From: an uncultured Acidobacteriota bacterium
Lineage (GTDB): Bacteria; Acidobacteriota; UBA6911
Direction: 5' to 3'
NCBI GenBank assembly: GCA_963747985.1
Contig: CAVVHG010000013.1
Span: 75,695 to 139,694 of the forward strand
Length of the DNA: 64,000 bases
Shown here: piece after piece, positions 32,933 through 41,607 of the stretch
How the letters are laid out: each line of letters begins with the position of its first letter
Position numbering within the stretch: the first letter of the stretch is position 1
Translations under genes and position numbers: made by a program
The notes under the pieces: generated by a model
Seen by the model: the letters and a program-made list of their open reading frames with translations, nothing else
Database searches by the model: none
Told to the model about the DNA's origin: nothing

Positions 32933-35331
32933 TTACCTTCGGGATCGATGACCCCATTTCCATCGTGCGCCAACCGGTCGAGGATTGCCAGAGCCGCTTC
33001 CTTGGCTCTTTGACCGGTCTCTCCCGCCGGACCGACGCATGACGGACAGCCCTTTTCACATGGGCAGGCGAGTATCAGTTCCCTCGTCCTCGAGACGAGC
33101 AGGTCGTGAATGCGGAAGAGCGGCTCGCTGAGACCGATCCCTCCCGGATAGGAGTCATAAAGGTAAAGGGTTGGCTCGAAAAACTCCTCGTTTCGGATAG
33201 GCCGGCCGGGCTCAGGAGGGAAAGTCTCGCCTGCCGCCAGATCCTCGGAATGTGCTCCTCCCTCGCCTATGGTTGCGCCCAGATCCATGCGGTCGCACAT
33301 CAGCAGAAGGCTTGCGATGGATTCCAGGGCATACAATAGGCCGAAAATCCCGTCCTGCCGGTCCGGAACCGCGAAGGGGAGTGAGGTCAAGAGTTCTCTC
33401 CTCAGGGTGATCCAGTAGGAGGTGGTGTGCATTTCATTCTCGGGCAGCTCGAGCTTGCCCGAACCGACGTTTTCGAGCGTGAAGAACTTGATCTTCTTGA
33501 ATCCGACCACCTGCGAGCGCACAAGGACGTCTCCGTGAGCCCGCACCGCCGGTCCGGGAGCCGGTTCGCTGTCGGCGACCTCGAGCTTACGTATCTGCGT
33601 GTAGCGTATCGCCTGGGTGAAGTAGTCGACATCCACCCGTCGGACGTAGGCCTTTCGCTCGTCGAAATCGAGCCGCTCGACATGGTATTGCTGGCCGCCG
33701 TGGATGTATATTGCCTTCGGGTGCACCGTGGTCAGCGCCGACGGGAAGTCCACTTCGCCGATCACCTCGGGGCGCTCGGTTTCATCGATGATCACGAAAT
33801 TGTCGGAAGTCACGGTCCGGAGGCTGACGGTGTCGGCGGGGTAGGCCTCCTGGGTCCAGTACCAGAAATCGCCGCTGCGGTGAAGGAAGCCCGCTTCGGC
33901 CAGCCGCTCGCAGAGTTCGGGGACTTCGGCGCCGCCGAAGGCCTCCTCCCCCAGGGGCAACTCGAAAGCGGCGCACTTGAGATGGTTGACCAGGATCTCC
34001 GGGTTGTCCGGCTGGATGTACGCGTGTTCGGGGGAACCGGAGAAGAAGTAGTCCGGGTTTTTCACGATGAACTGGTCCAGCGGCCGGGATGATGCTACGA
34101 GCAGCGCGCAGGAAGTCCCTTTGCGCCGGCCTGCCCTGCCTGCGCGTTGCAGCGTGGAGGCGATCGTGCCCGGGTAACCGGCCATGATCGAGATGTCGAG
34201 CGACCCGATGTCGATGCCGAGCTCGAGGGCATTTGTGGCCACTACTCCGCGTATCAGGCCGCTTCGCAAGTCCCGCTCAATCTCCCTCCGTTCCAGCGGC
34301 AGGTAGCCGCCCCTGTAACCGCGGATGGTTTCGGGTGCCCCCGGCCGCCGCGGATTCGCCTGTTTCAGGTAGGTCAGCAGTACTTCGGTGTGAAGGCGGC
34401 TGTTGGCGAAAACAATCGTCTGGAATCCCCGCTTCAGAAACTCCTGGGCAAGTCTCGCGGACTCATTGATGTAGCTCCGGCGTATACCCAGGAAACGATT
34501 CACCACGGGCGGGTTATAGAAGATCAGGTACTTCTCCGCGGCAGGCGCCCCATTCCGGTCGATCACCTCGACTTCCTCTTCTATGAGCCGCTGTGCGAGG
34601 TCGCCGGGATTCGCGATCGTTGCCGAGCAGCAGATAAACTGGGGATTGCGGCCGTAGAAGCGCGCGATCCTCTTGAGGCGCCTGAGCACGTTTGCCAGGT
34701 GGCTTCCGAACACGCCGCGATACATGTGAAGTTCGTCAATCACAACGTAGCGCAGGTTTTCGAAGAGGCGCGTCCACCGCGTGTGGTGCGGAAGGATGCC
34801 GGTGTGGAGCATGTCCGGGTTCGTGAGGACGATGTGTCCCTGCTGCCGGATCGAACGCCGCGCATCGGAAGGGGTGTCGCCGTCGTAGGTGAAGACACCG
34901 AACGTGTCTCCCAGCCGTTTGCCCAGATCATGCAACTCGTCGAGCTGGTCCTGTGCCAGCGCTTTGGTCGGGAATACGTACAGGGCGCGTACCTCGGGAT
35001 CGCGGGCAATGGCGTCGAGTATCGGCAGATTGTAGCAGAGCGTCTTGCCGGACGCGGTCGGCGTAACAATGACGATGTTCTTGCCCGCGTGGACACGCTC
35101 GGCTGCGTCCGCCTGGTGCGAGTAGAGTTCCGTGACGCCCTTGGCACGGTAAGCCTCGGCAACTTCGCTCCGAACCCACTCCGGCACAGGGGCCCAGGCC
35201 GCTTCCCGGGCCGGCAGGTGGCGGACTGCCGTTACCACTTCTTCCGCCCTCGGAAGACTGCTCAGGCTGCGAACGATCTCACCGACTTCCGGGTGTTTAC
35301 CCCTGGACTCGCGCGAAGGCACCGACGTCAT
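32929..35331 (-). CDS. YprA/MrfA-like SF2 helicase with DUF1998 zinc domain
   Basis: TASGKT, DELH, SAT, ALELGIDIG, QRAGRAGR, YD..PGG.G, CPC..GCPSC. Confidence 0.95.
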   Translation of the reverse strand: MTSVPSRESRGKHPEVGEIVRSLSSLPRAEEVVTAVRHLPAREAAWAPVPEWVRSEVAEAYRAKGVTELYSHQADAAERVHAGKNIVIVTPTASGKTLCYNLPILDAIARDPEVRALYVFPTKALAQDQLDELHDLGKRLGDTFGVFTYDGDTPSDARRSIRQQGHIVLTNPDMLHTGILPHHTRWTRLFENLRYVVIDELHMYRGVFGSHLANVLRRLKRIARFYGRNPQFICCSATIANPGDLAQRLIEEEVEVIDRNGAPAAEKYLIFYNPPVVNRFLGIRRSYINESARLAQEFLKRGFQTIVFANSRLHTEVLLTYLKQANPRRPGAPETIRGYRGGYLPLERREIERDLRSGLIRGVVATNALELGIDIGSLDISIMAGYPGTIASTLQRAGRAGRRKGTSCALLVASSRPLDQFIVKNPDYFFSGSPEHAYIQPDNPEILVNHLKCAAFELPLGEEAFGGAEVPELCERLAEAGFLHRSGDFWYWTQEAYPADTVSLRTVTSDNFVIIDETERPEVIGEVDFPSALTTVHPKAIYIHGGQQYHVERLDFDERKAYVRRVDVDYFTQAIRYTQIRKLEVADSEPAPGPAVRAHGDVLVRSQVVGFKKIKFFTLENVGSGKLELPENEMHTTSYWITLRRELLTSLPFAVPDRQDGIFGLLYALESIASLLLMCDRMDLGATIGEGGAHSEDLAAGETFPPEPGRPIRNEEFFEPTLYLYDSYPGGIGLSEPLFRIHDLLVSRTRELILACPCEKGCPSCVGPAGETGQRAKEAALAILDRLAHDGNGVIDPEGK

Positions 35332-35333
35332 GA

Positions 35334-35351
35334 ATTCACCTTTTATTCACC
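35334..35351 (-). promoter_or_regulatory. LexA-like direct-repeat operator candidate
   Basis: Minus strand GGTGAAT-AAAA-GGTGAAT (ATTC-N7-ATTC on plus), between a TGnTAGGCT -10 and the helicase ATG. Confidence 0.5.
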
Positions 35352-35479
35352 AAGCCTAGCATGTCTTGTTTTGCGGCGCAACCGCTGTGGTACAGTGAGT
35401 AAGGCGAGAGGTCCCCGGGGTCGCTGTGCTGAACCTTTTATCTGGAATTGCACTCTTGGGTTCAAGGAGGGTATGACCT

Positions 35480-36715
35480 ATGAATTGCAGCCGGAATCGA
35501 TTCGCTCTGTGGATAATTCCCCTGATGACCGCGCTCGCTGCGCCGGCGTTTGCGCACGGCGACAAGGTCATCCCCCAGGTCGCCGACGGTATCAATGCCG
35601 CCGACGGTACCGTTTTCAGGACCAAATTCGACGTCACGAACCTGGATGTCAGCAACACACTCAGCAATGTCACTTTGCTCTTCTTCCAGCAGAACGGCAG
35701 CCCCTGGACGGTGGCGACAAACCAGGGAACAGGCAGCCAGATCCGATTGAATCTCGGGCCACGTCAGACACTCCGGATCGAGACGCTCGGCACTTCGACC
35801 CTGAAAGCCGGATATGCGATCGTACGCGATCTCGAGCCCACGACCTCCTATCCCGATGACTACGATGTGGGGATAACCGTCTATTTCGAAATAGCCAGGG
35901 CTGGGGCTGTTATCGATACGATCAGCGTCCCGGTAGGCCAGCCGACGTCCTACTGGACTTTTCCCGTGCAGACCGAGATTTCGCAGGAGCTTGTCACCGG
36001 GTTCGCCATCGTAAATCTGGCGGACAGCGGCGTTTCGATTAAGCTGGACCTCTACCAGGCCGGTGCGACTCCCTCTTCGAGTGCCTCTTTCTATGAGAGC
36101 TATACGCTGACTCTGAACGCGAAAGAACAAAGGGCAGTCTATCTCAACCAGCTCTTCCCGAATATTTCCAGCTTCCGCGGGAACCTGGAGGCTGAATCGC
36201 TGGATACGGCGGCGCAAGTCTCAAAACCTGTAGCCGTGATTGCGCTGCTTCAGACTCCGACCCCGACCGGGTTACAGTACGCCACCATGGCGCCGACCTA
36301 CTTTGACTACCTGGTGCGCAGCTCGGCAGTAATGCTCGTGCAGGGTTTCCCGTTGGATGCCGACATGCTTTTTTCGGATTACCTTGCTCAGGACGGGCGG
36401 CCCTGGGATCTTCTCTTCCAAGGCAGTTCCACGAACACGGCGTCGCGCGGCCTGAGTGTGCAGAATGGAGCCAAACTGGCGATCATCGGCTCCCGCGCCC
36501 CTGAGGCATTCGATGCCGTGAGCCTGTCCGATCTCCGGGCTCTGAACTACACTCTCGAGAGCATCGACATGAGCGATGGGTCGTCCAATCTTCAGGCTGA
36601 TTTCAGTTTTGCAGTCAAGACGAACCAGGGACGGTATGCCAAGATCAGGGTTTCGCGGGTGATCACTGAAGGTACTGCACGAAACCTGGGACTGGAAGCA
36701 TACGTCTACCGCTAA
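35480..36715 (+). CDS. Hypothetical secreted protein, beta-strand rich
   Basis: Signal peptide ending AFA, AAGGAGG RBS, no recognised motif. Confidence 0.75.
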   Translation: MNCSRNRFALWIIPLMTALAAPAFAHGDKVIPQVADGINAADGTVFRTKFDVTNLDVSNTLSNVTLLFFQQNGSPWTVATNQGTGSQIRLNLGPRQTLRIETLGTSTLKAGYAIVRDLEPTTSYPDDYDVGITVYFEIARAGAVIDTISVPVGQPTSYWTFPVQTEISQELVTGFAIVNLADSGVSIKLDLYQAGATPSSSASFYESYTLTLNAKEQRAVYLNQLFPNISSFRGNLEAESLDTAAQVSKPVAVIALLQTPTPTGLQYATMAPTYFDYLVRSSAVMLVQGFPLDADMLFSDYLAQDGRPWDLLFQGSSTNTASRGLSVQNGAKLAIIGSRAPEAFDAVSLSDLRALNYTLESIDMSDGSSNLQADFSFAVKTNQGRYAKIRVSRVITEGTARNLGLEAYVYR

Positions 36716-36766
36716 ACCGACGTGCCGGGAGGCTACGGACGTCGCTCATCTCCGCGGGAGCGCCGA

Positions 36767-37267
36767 TCAGGATCGGACCTGCCTCGAAATCGCCGGGGTG
36801 AGCAGCCACAGCAGTGTCCCGGCGGGAGTAGGATCGAGCCTGCCCACTTCGAGCGCGCAGGCTCCGCCTTTCTTGAGCTCAAGGTAGTGTTCAGCAGACC
36901 CCCAGGCTATCTCCCCCGCAATTTCCCCGAGCCCGGGCTGATGACCGACGATCATCAGGGCGGAGAGCTTCCGGTCAGTGCGAAATTCCCTGTAAAGCGT
37001 GGAACGGCTTCCGGAGGGCGCGAGTGCATCGGTGAGTTTCAGCGGTATATCGCTTCCCATCTCCTCGACGATGATTTCAGCGGTCCGCCTGGCCCTCGGC
37101 AGCGGGCTGCTCAGTATCAACTCGGGCCTTACATCGACCGCGCGCAGGCCGCGGGCAACCTCCCGCATCTTCTTGATTCCCTTGTCGGTGAGCGGTCGTT
37201 CGTCCTCAGCGACTCCGGGGGTGCCGCTGGGGAATGCATCGGAATGACGGACGATATAGAGAATCAT
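36767..37267 (-). CDS. sixA: Phosphohistidine phosphatase SixA
   Basis: LYIVRHS.A, ERPLT..G, SSPL.RA..TA, VGHQP. Confidence 0.92.
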   Translation of the reverse strand: MILYIVRHSDAFPSGTPGVAEDERPLTDKGIKKMREVARGLRAVDVRPELILSSPLPRARRTAEIIVEEMGSDIPLKLTDALAPSGSRSTLYREFRTDRKLSALMIVGHQPGLGEIAGEIAWGSAEHYLELKKGGACALEVGRLDPTPAGTLLWLLTPAISRQVRS

Positions 37268-38349
37268 TGCGGCTTCTCCACTTCTCTGCCCGGCGCGGCG
37301 GATCTTGAGACCCGACCGGCCGCGCGCTCGAGCGCGTCGTAAATGCCTGCCTGAAGTGTGGTCAATGCAGGAAGTACCTCCTTCCGCTTTGAAGACTTAC
37401 GGTCCTCCACATGTGCCAGGAGCCGCCCGATCTGGAAGGCGAGATGGGTGGTCTCCTTGCTGGTAAGGCGCCGTATCTCTGCCCGGAGCCGGTCCCGGAG
37501 CACGGCCCAGTCGTGGTACTCGCCGGCACTGTCCTGCAGCACCCTCGCCAAGGACACCTCCTCTGCAAGGCCTCCGGGCCAGACGGGGTCGAATATCTCC
37601 ATCGCGTATCGAAGCTTCTTGGAGGCTATCCGCAGGGAGTGCAGCCGCTCGTCGGAAGCGCGCGGGAAGTCGTACCTCGCCCTGAATGAGAGCACGGGTT
37701 CCGCCAGTTCCTTGACGGCACGGACCGCACGAGAAACAGGGAGGGCAGCGGGCGGAAAGAGGGGTGCCTGGCGGACTCTCGGCTCCGCCTCGAGCCGGGT
37801 ATCCGGTCTGGTCACCTTCGCATCATCGAGGAGCCCGGCATGGAGATCCACGGGCCCCAGCGCCATCACCAGGGAACGGAACTCCGAGCGCATCCGCCGG
37901 ATATCCAGCGCCCTGAGCTGGCGCATCATCTTATTCTGCAGTTTCGCAACGTTCTTCCTGCAGCGCTCTTCGAGGTATTCACGGCAGAGGTTCTCGGCGA
38001 GGTCGCCTCCGTTCGTCAGGTCCCTCAGGAGCGTCAGGGTGACCTCCTCCTCGCGGGCCCTTCCCAGCGTCCGCGTGATCGCCTTGGCGGAGTCAAAGCC
38101 GGCCTGCCAGGCTGCGGCTGGAAACAGATCCTGGAACGCCTCCAGGGCTGCTCTCATCCGGCGGGACGCGACGCGCGTGTCGTGGATCGATTTCTCGCGT
38201 ATTCCCCGCTTCAGGGTGGAGATTTCCCTGAGAAGCTGCTCGCTGCGCTTCAGGATAACCTGGGCTGCGAAATCCCGATCCATGTCCTCAAACGGGGAAT
38301 CCATAAGGGCACCCGGATTAACAAACCAATTGTGGTTTTGTAGCATCAT
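37264..38349 (-). CDS. CHAD domain protein (polyphosphate-binding)
   Basis: IHDTRVASRRMR, LHSLRIASKKLRY, LQD..GEYHD. Confidence 0.9.
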   Translation of the reverse strand: MMLQNHNWFVNPGALMDSPFEDMDRDFAAQVILKRSEQLLREISTLKRGIREKSIHDTRVASRRMRAALEAFQDLFPAAAWQAGFDSAKAITRTLGRAREEEVTLTLLRDLTNGGDLAENLCREYLEERCRKNVAKLQNKMMRQLRALDIRRMRSEFRSLVMALGPVDLHAGLLDDAKVTRPDTRLEAEPRVRQAPLFPPAALPVSRAVRAVKELAEPVLSFRARYDFPRASDERLHSLRIASKKLRYAMEIFDPVWPGGLAEEVSLARVLQDSAGEYHDWAVLRDRLRAEIRRLTSKETTHLAFQIGRLLAHVEDRKSSKRKEVLPALTTLQAGIYDALERAAGRVSRSAAPGREVEKPQ

Positions 38350-38442
38350 ACGGCGTTATTATCAAGCGGTGCGAGCCGCTCTCCCCGGCCGGAACCGACG
38401 GCAGATTGCCAGGCGGAAGCGCGGGCTTTGGCTGGAAATCAC

Positions 38443-40029
38443 ATGAGAATCGCGGCGATCGACCTCGGGTCGAACTCCTTCCACATCCTGATAGCGCAGA
38501 TCGCGAGCCCGTCATCCTTCGAGCCGGTGCTTCGGGAGAAGATGATGATCCGGCTGGGGAAAACCGCCCTGATCACGGGACGGCTCGATCCCCGCGATAT
38601 TGCACGCGGCCTGCGTTGCCTGGACGAGTTCCGCCGCCTTGTACTCACCCGGCGGGTAGAACGCACTATCGCCGTCGCGACAAGCGCGATCCGCGAGGCC
38701 GAAAACGGAGCGGAATTCCTGCACCGCGTGCGAAAGGAATGCGGCTTTCACGCACGCGTCATTTCCGGCCGGGAGGAAGCGCGCCTGATCCATCTTGCGG
38801 TCACACGGAGTGTGGACCTGGGGGCCGACAAGGTATTGCTGGCGGACATAGGCGGGGGAAGCGTCGAGCTGAGCGTGGCGGACAGCGAAAAGATCTATTT
38901 CTCCACCAGCCTGAAGCTCGGCTTTCTCCGGCTCCAGGGAAGATTCGTGACAAAAGACCCGATGGCGAAGCGCGAGATGCGAACGCTGTCCGCTTTCCTG
39001 CATGATTCCCTCGCGGGGCCCCTGGGGAGCGTGCGCAGGCGCGGCCCGGTGCGGTTGATCGCGACGGGCGGCTCGATGGATTCGCTTCTGCGCCTGGCCC
39101 GTCAGCGCAACGCGTTGCGGCCGCGCGCACCGGCCTCCTCCGACCGGGTCAGCCGTAAAGAGGTCCGCGCGATCGTTTCCGATCTCAACGCTTTGCCTTC
39201 CGCAGTGCGGGCGGAAAGATTCGACCTGGACCTCTCACGGGCAGAGTCCCTGCCGGTTGCTGTGATGACCCTCGAAGCGATCCTGGAAGGAACCGGTATC
39301 ACCGGCGCCGAGATTTGCCCGGCCGCTTTGCGGGAAGGCGTGATATACGACTTCCTGAGAACCTCGCAGGCATCCGAGCCTGCGCCGATCGGTGCGGGCG
39401 ACCTGCGCACCCGGGCGATTCTGGACCTGGCGCAGCGATGCGACTACCCGGCCCAGCACTCGCACCGCGTGGCGCTACTGGCGGGACAGATCTTCGAGCA
39501 GACCGCGAATCTGCATAACCTGGGGGAATACGAAGCGAGGCTCTTGCAGTACGGATCCCTGCTGCACGACATCGGTTACCACATCTCTTATGTCAAGCAC
39601 CACAAGCACGCATACTACCTGGTCATGAACTGCGACCTGCGGGGTTTCACACAGGACGAGAGGAGCCTGCTGGCGAGTCTTGTCCGCTATCACAGGCGGG
39701 CTGCCCCCAGAGCCTCCCACGCCTCCCTTGCCGCGCTGCCGCCGCGAGACCGGGAGGTCGTCTGTTCGCTGGCTGCGATCCTCAGGATCGCCGACGCGCT
39801 GGATACGAGTCATTTTTCGGTTGTCGACGGAGTTGCCATCCGGCCGGTGCGCGGGAAAGTGGTATTCCAGATCATGACCAACAACATGCACCGGAGGGTC
39901 CCGCTCGATCTGGATGGCGTGAGGAAGCGTGCGCGCTATTTCGGGAAACTTTTCGGGGTCGACACGGCATTCCGGATCAGAAGACCTCCGAGAATCGAAA
40001 GGACAGAGGCCGGGGTGCGCGCAGTATGA
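38443..40029 (+). CDS. ppx: Ppx/GppA exopolyphosphatase with HD domain
   Basis: IDLGSNSFH, ATSAIREA.N, GREEA, DIGGGSVE, LHDIG. Confidence 0.93.
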   Translation: MRIAAIDLGSNSFHILIAQIASPSSFEPVLREKMMIRLGKTALITGRLDPRDIARGLRCLDEFRRLVLTRRVERTIAVATSAIREAENGAEFLHRVRKECGFHARVISGREEARLIHLAVTRSVDLGADKVLLADIGGGSVELSVADSEKIYFSTSLKLGFLRLQGRFVTKDPMAKREMRTLSAFLHDSLAGPLGSVRRRGPVRLIATGGSMDSLLRLARQRNALRPRAPASSDRVSRKEVRAIVSDLNALPSAVRAERFDLDLSRAESLPVAVMTLEAILEGTGITGAEICPAALREGVIYDFLRTSQASEPAPIGAGDLRTRAILDLAQRCDYPAQHSHRVALLAGQIFEQTANLHNLGEYEARLLQYGSLLHDIGYHISYVKHHKHAYYLVMNCDLRGFTQDERSLLASLVRYHRRAAPRASHASLAALPPRDREVVCSLAAILRIADALDTSHFSVVDGVAIRPVRGKVVFQIMTNNMHRRVPLDLDGVRKRARYFGKLFGVDTAFRIRRPPRIERTEAGVRAV

Positions 40030-40056
40030 TCTGTCCGCCGCGGCCGGGGGAAGAGC

Positions 40057-41607
40057 ATGGCTCAGACACAGAGTAATCTGGTTGCCGCGATTGACATCGG
40101 CGCGAGCGCCATAAGGATGGACATCGCCGAGGTGCGCCCGGACGGCACGCTGCATGTCCTCGACTCTCTCAAGCGGGGTGTTCAGCTCGGAAGAGATACC
40201 TTCACCGGGGGACACATCGCCGAGGAATCGATACGCGCCGCCTGCGAGGCGCTGCGGCATTTCAAACAGGTCCTGGATACCTACGGGGTCGTCCGCTACC
40301 GCGCCGTCGCGACGAGCGCAGTCAGGGAGTCAGACAACAGCGACACCTTCCTGGACCGGGTCCTGATGAGCACGGGTTTGGACGTCGAGATCATAGACGG
40401 GCAGGAGGAGAACCGCCTGACCTACACGGCCGTTGCGGAATGGCTGAAGGGCAGACCCGAGTTCAGCACCGGGAAGAGCCTGGTGGTGGAAGTGGGCGGG
40501 GGGAGCGCGGACGTGAATCTCCTGTCCGGCACGGAGCTGGTGCAATCAGGGACTTTTGCCCTCGGCTCCATCCGGATCCAGGAAAGCGTCGGTTCCCGAG
40601 GGGGTACGCGGGACCAGCAGGCGCGTCTGCTGAAACGGCAGATTACCGGCGTAATGGCCAACGTGAAGCGGGCGATCGACTTGAAGGAGGCAGCCAATTT
40701 CATCGCCATCGGTGGAGACGTCCGTTTCGCAGCACGCGTGCTCAAGGGGCCGGAGGTCAAGGGGGATGCTTCCCTGATCCCGCGGGAGACGTTCATCGAT
40801 TTTGCCGACTCGATTGCCAAGCAGACGATCGACGGCCTGGTCAAGAAGTACTCCATCTCTTACATGGATGCCGAAACGCTCATCCCTGCGCTCCTGACCT
40901 ATATGCAGCTCCTCAAGGAGACCCAGGCCAAGGCGATTGTCGTCAGCGATGCCAGCATAAGGGCAGGGATCCTGCAGGACCTGCTGCCGGCGGACCAGGT
41001 CAAGCGCATAAAGCAGTTGACCAGCCAGATACTTTCGGCGGCGCGGACGCTCGGCCGCCGGTACCAGTTCGACGAAGGCCATGCCGAGCGGGTCCGGGAG
41101 CTGAGCGAGCTCCTATTCGACGAACTCCGCGCCGAGCATCGGCTGACGGAAAACCACCGGCTCTACCTCCAGGTCGCCGCCATCCTGCACGACATCGGCC
41201 TTTTCGTGAATTCCAGGGGACACCATAAGCACTCCCACTACCTGATCGCCAACTCCGGCCTTTTCGGCCTGCGGCAGCGCGAACTCGAGATCATCGCCAA
41301 CATCGCGCGCTATCACAGGCGGGCGCTGCCCCAGCGAACTCACACATCCTATGTCTCCCTGGACAGGGAGGAGCGCATGATAGTCTCCAAGCTGGCAGCG
41401 ATTCTCCGCGTGGCAAATGCGCTGGACAAGGAGCACCTTCCCAAGGTGACCGACCTGAAAGTCGCGCGGGAGGGTGACCAACTCATCCTGCAGGCTCAGA
41501 ATGTCTCGGATCTGAGCATGGAGAGGATGGCGCTTGCCGGCAGGAGCGAGCTCTTCAGCGAAGTTTTCGGGAAGAAGATCGTGCTCAGGGAGGAAGCGAG
41601 GGCCTGA
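40057..41607 (+). CDS. Second Ppx/GppA family protein with HD domain
   Basis: IDIGASAIR, ATSAVRES.N, GQEEN, EVGGGSAD, LHDIG, ARYHRR. Confidence 0.9.
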   Translation: MAQTQSNLVAAIDIGASAIRMDIAEVRPDGTLHVLDSLKRGVQLGRDTFTGGHIAEESIRAACEALRHFKQVLDTYGVVRYRAVATSAVRESDNSDTFLDRVLMSTGLDVEIIDGQEENRLTYTAVAEWLKGRPEFSTGKSLVVEVGGGSADVNLLSGTELVQSGTFALGSIRIQESVGSRGGTRDQQARLLKRQITGVMANVKRAIDLKEAANFIAIGGDVRFAARVLKGPEVKGDASLIPRETFIDFADSIAKQTIDGLVKKYSISYMDAETLIPALLTYMQLLKETQAKAIVVSDASIRAGILQDLLPADQVKRIKQLTSQILSAARTLGRRYQFDEGHAERVRELSELLFDELRAEHRLTENHRLYLQVAAILHDIGLFVNSRGHHKHSHYLIANSGLFGLRQRELEIIANIARYHRRALPQRTHTSYVSLDREERMIVSKLAAILRVANALDKEHLPKVTDLKVAREGDQLILQAQNVSDLSMERMALAGRSELFSEVFGKKIVLREEARA

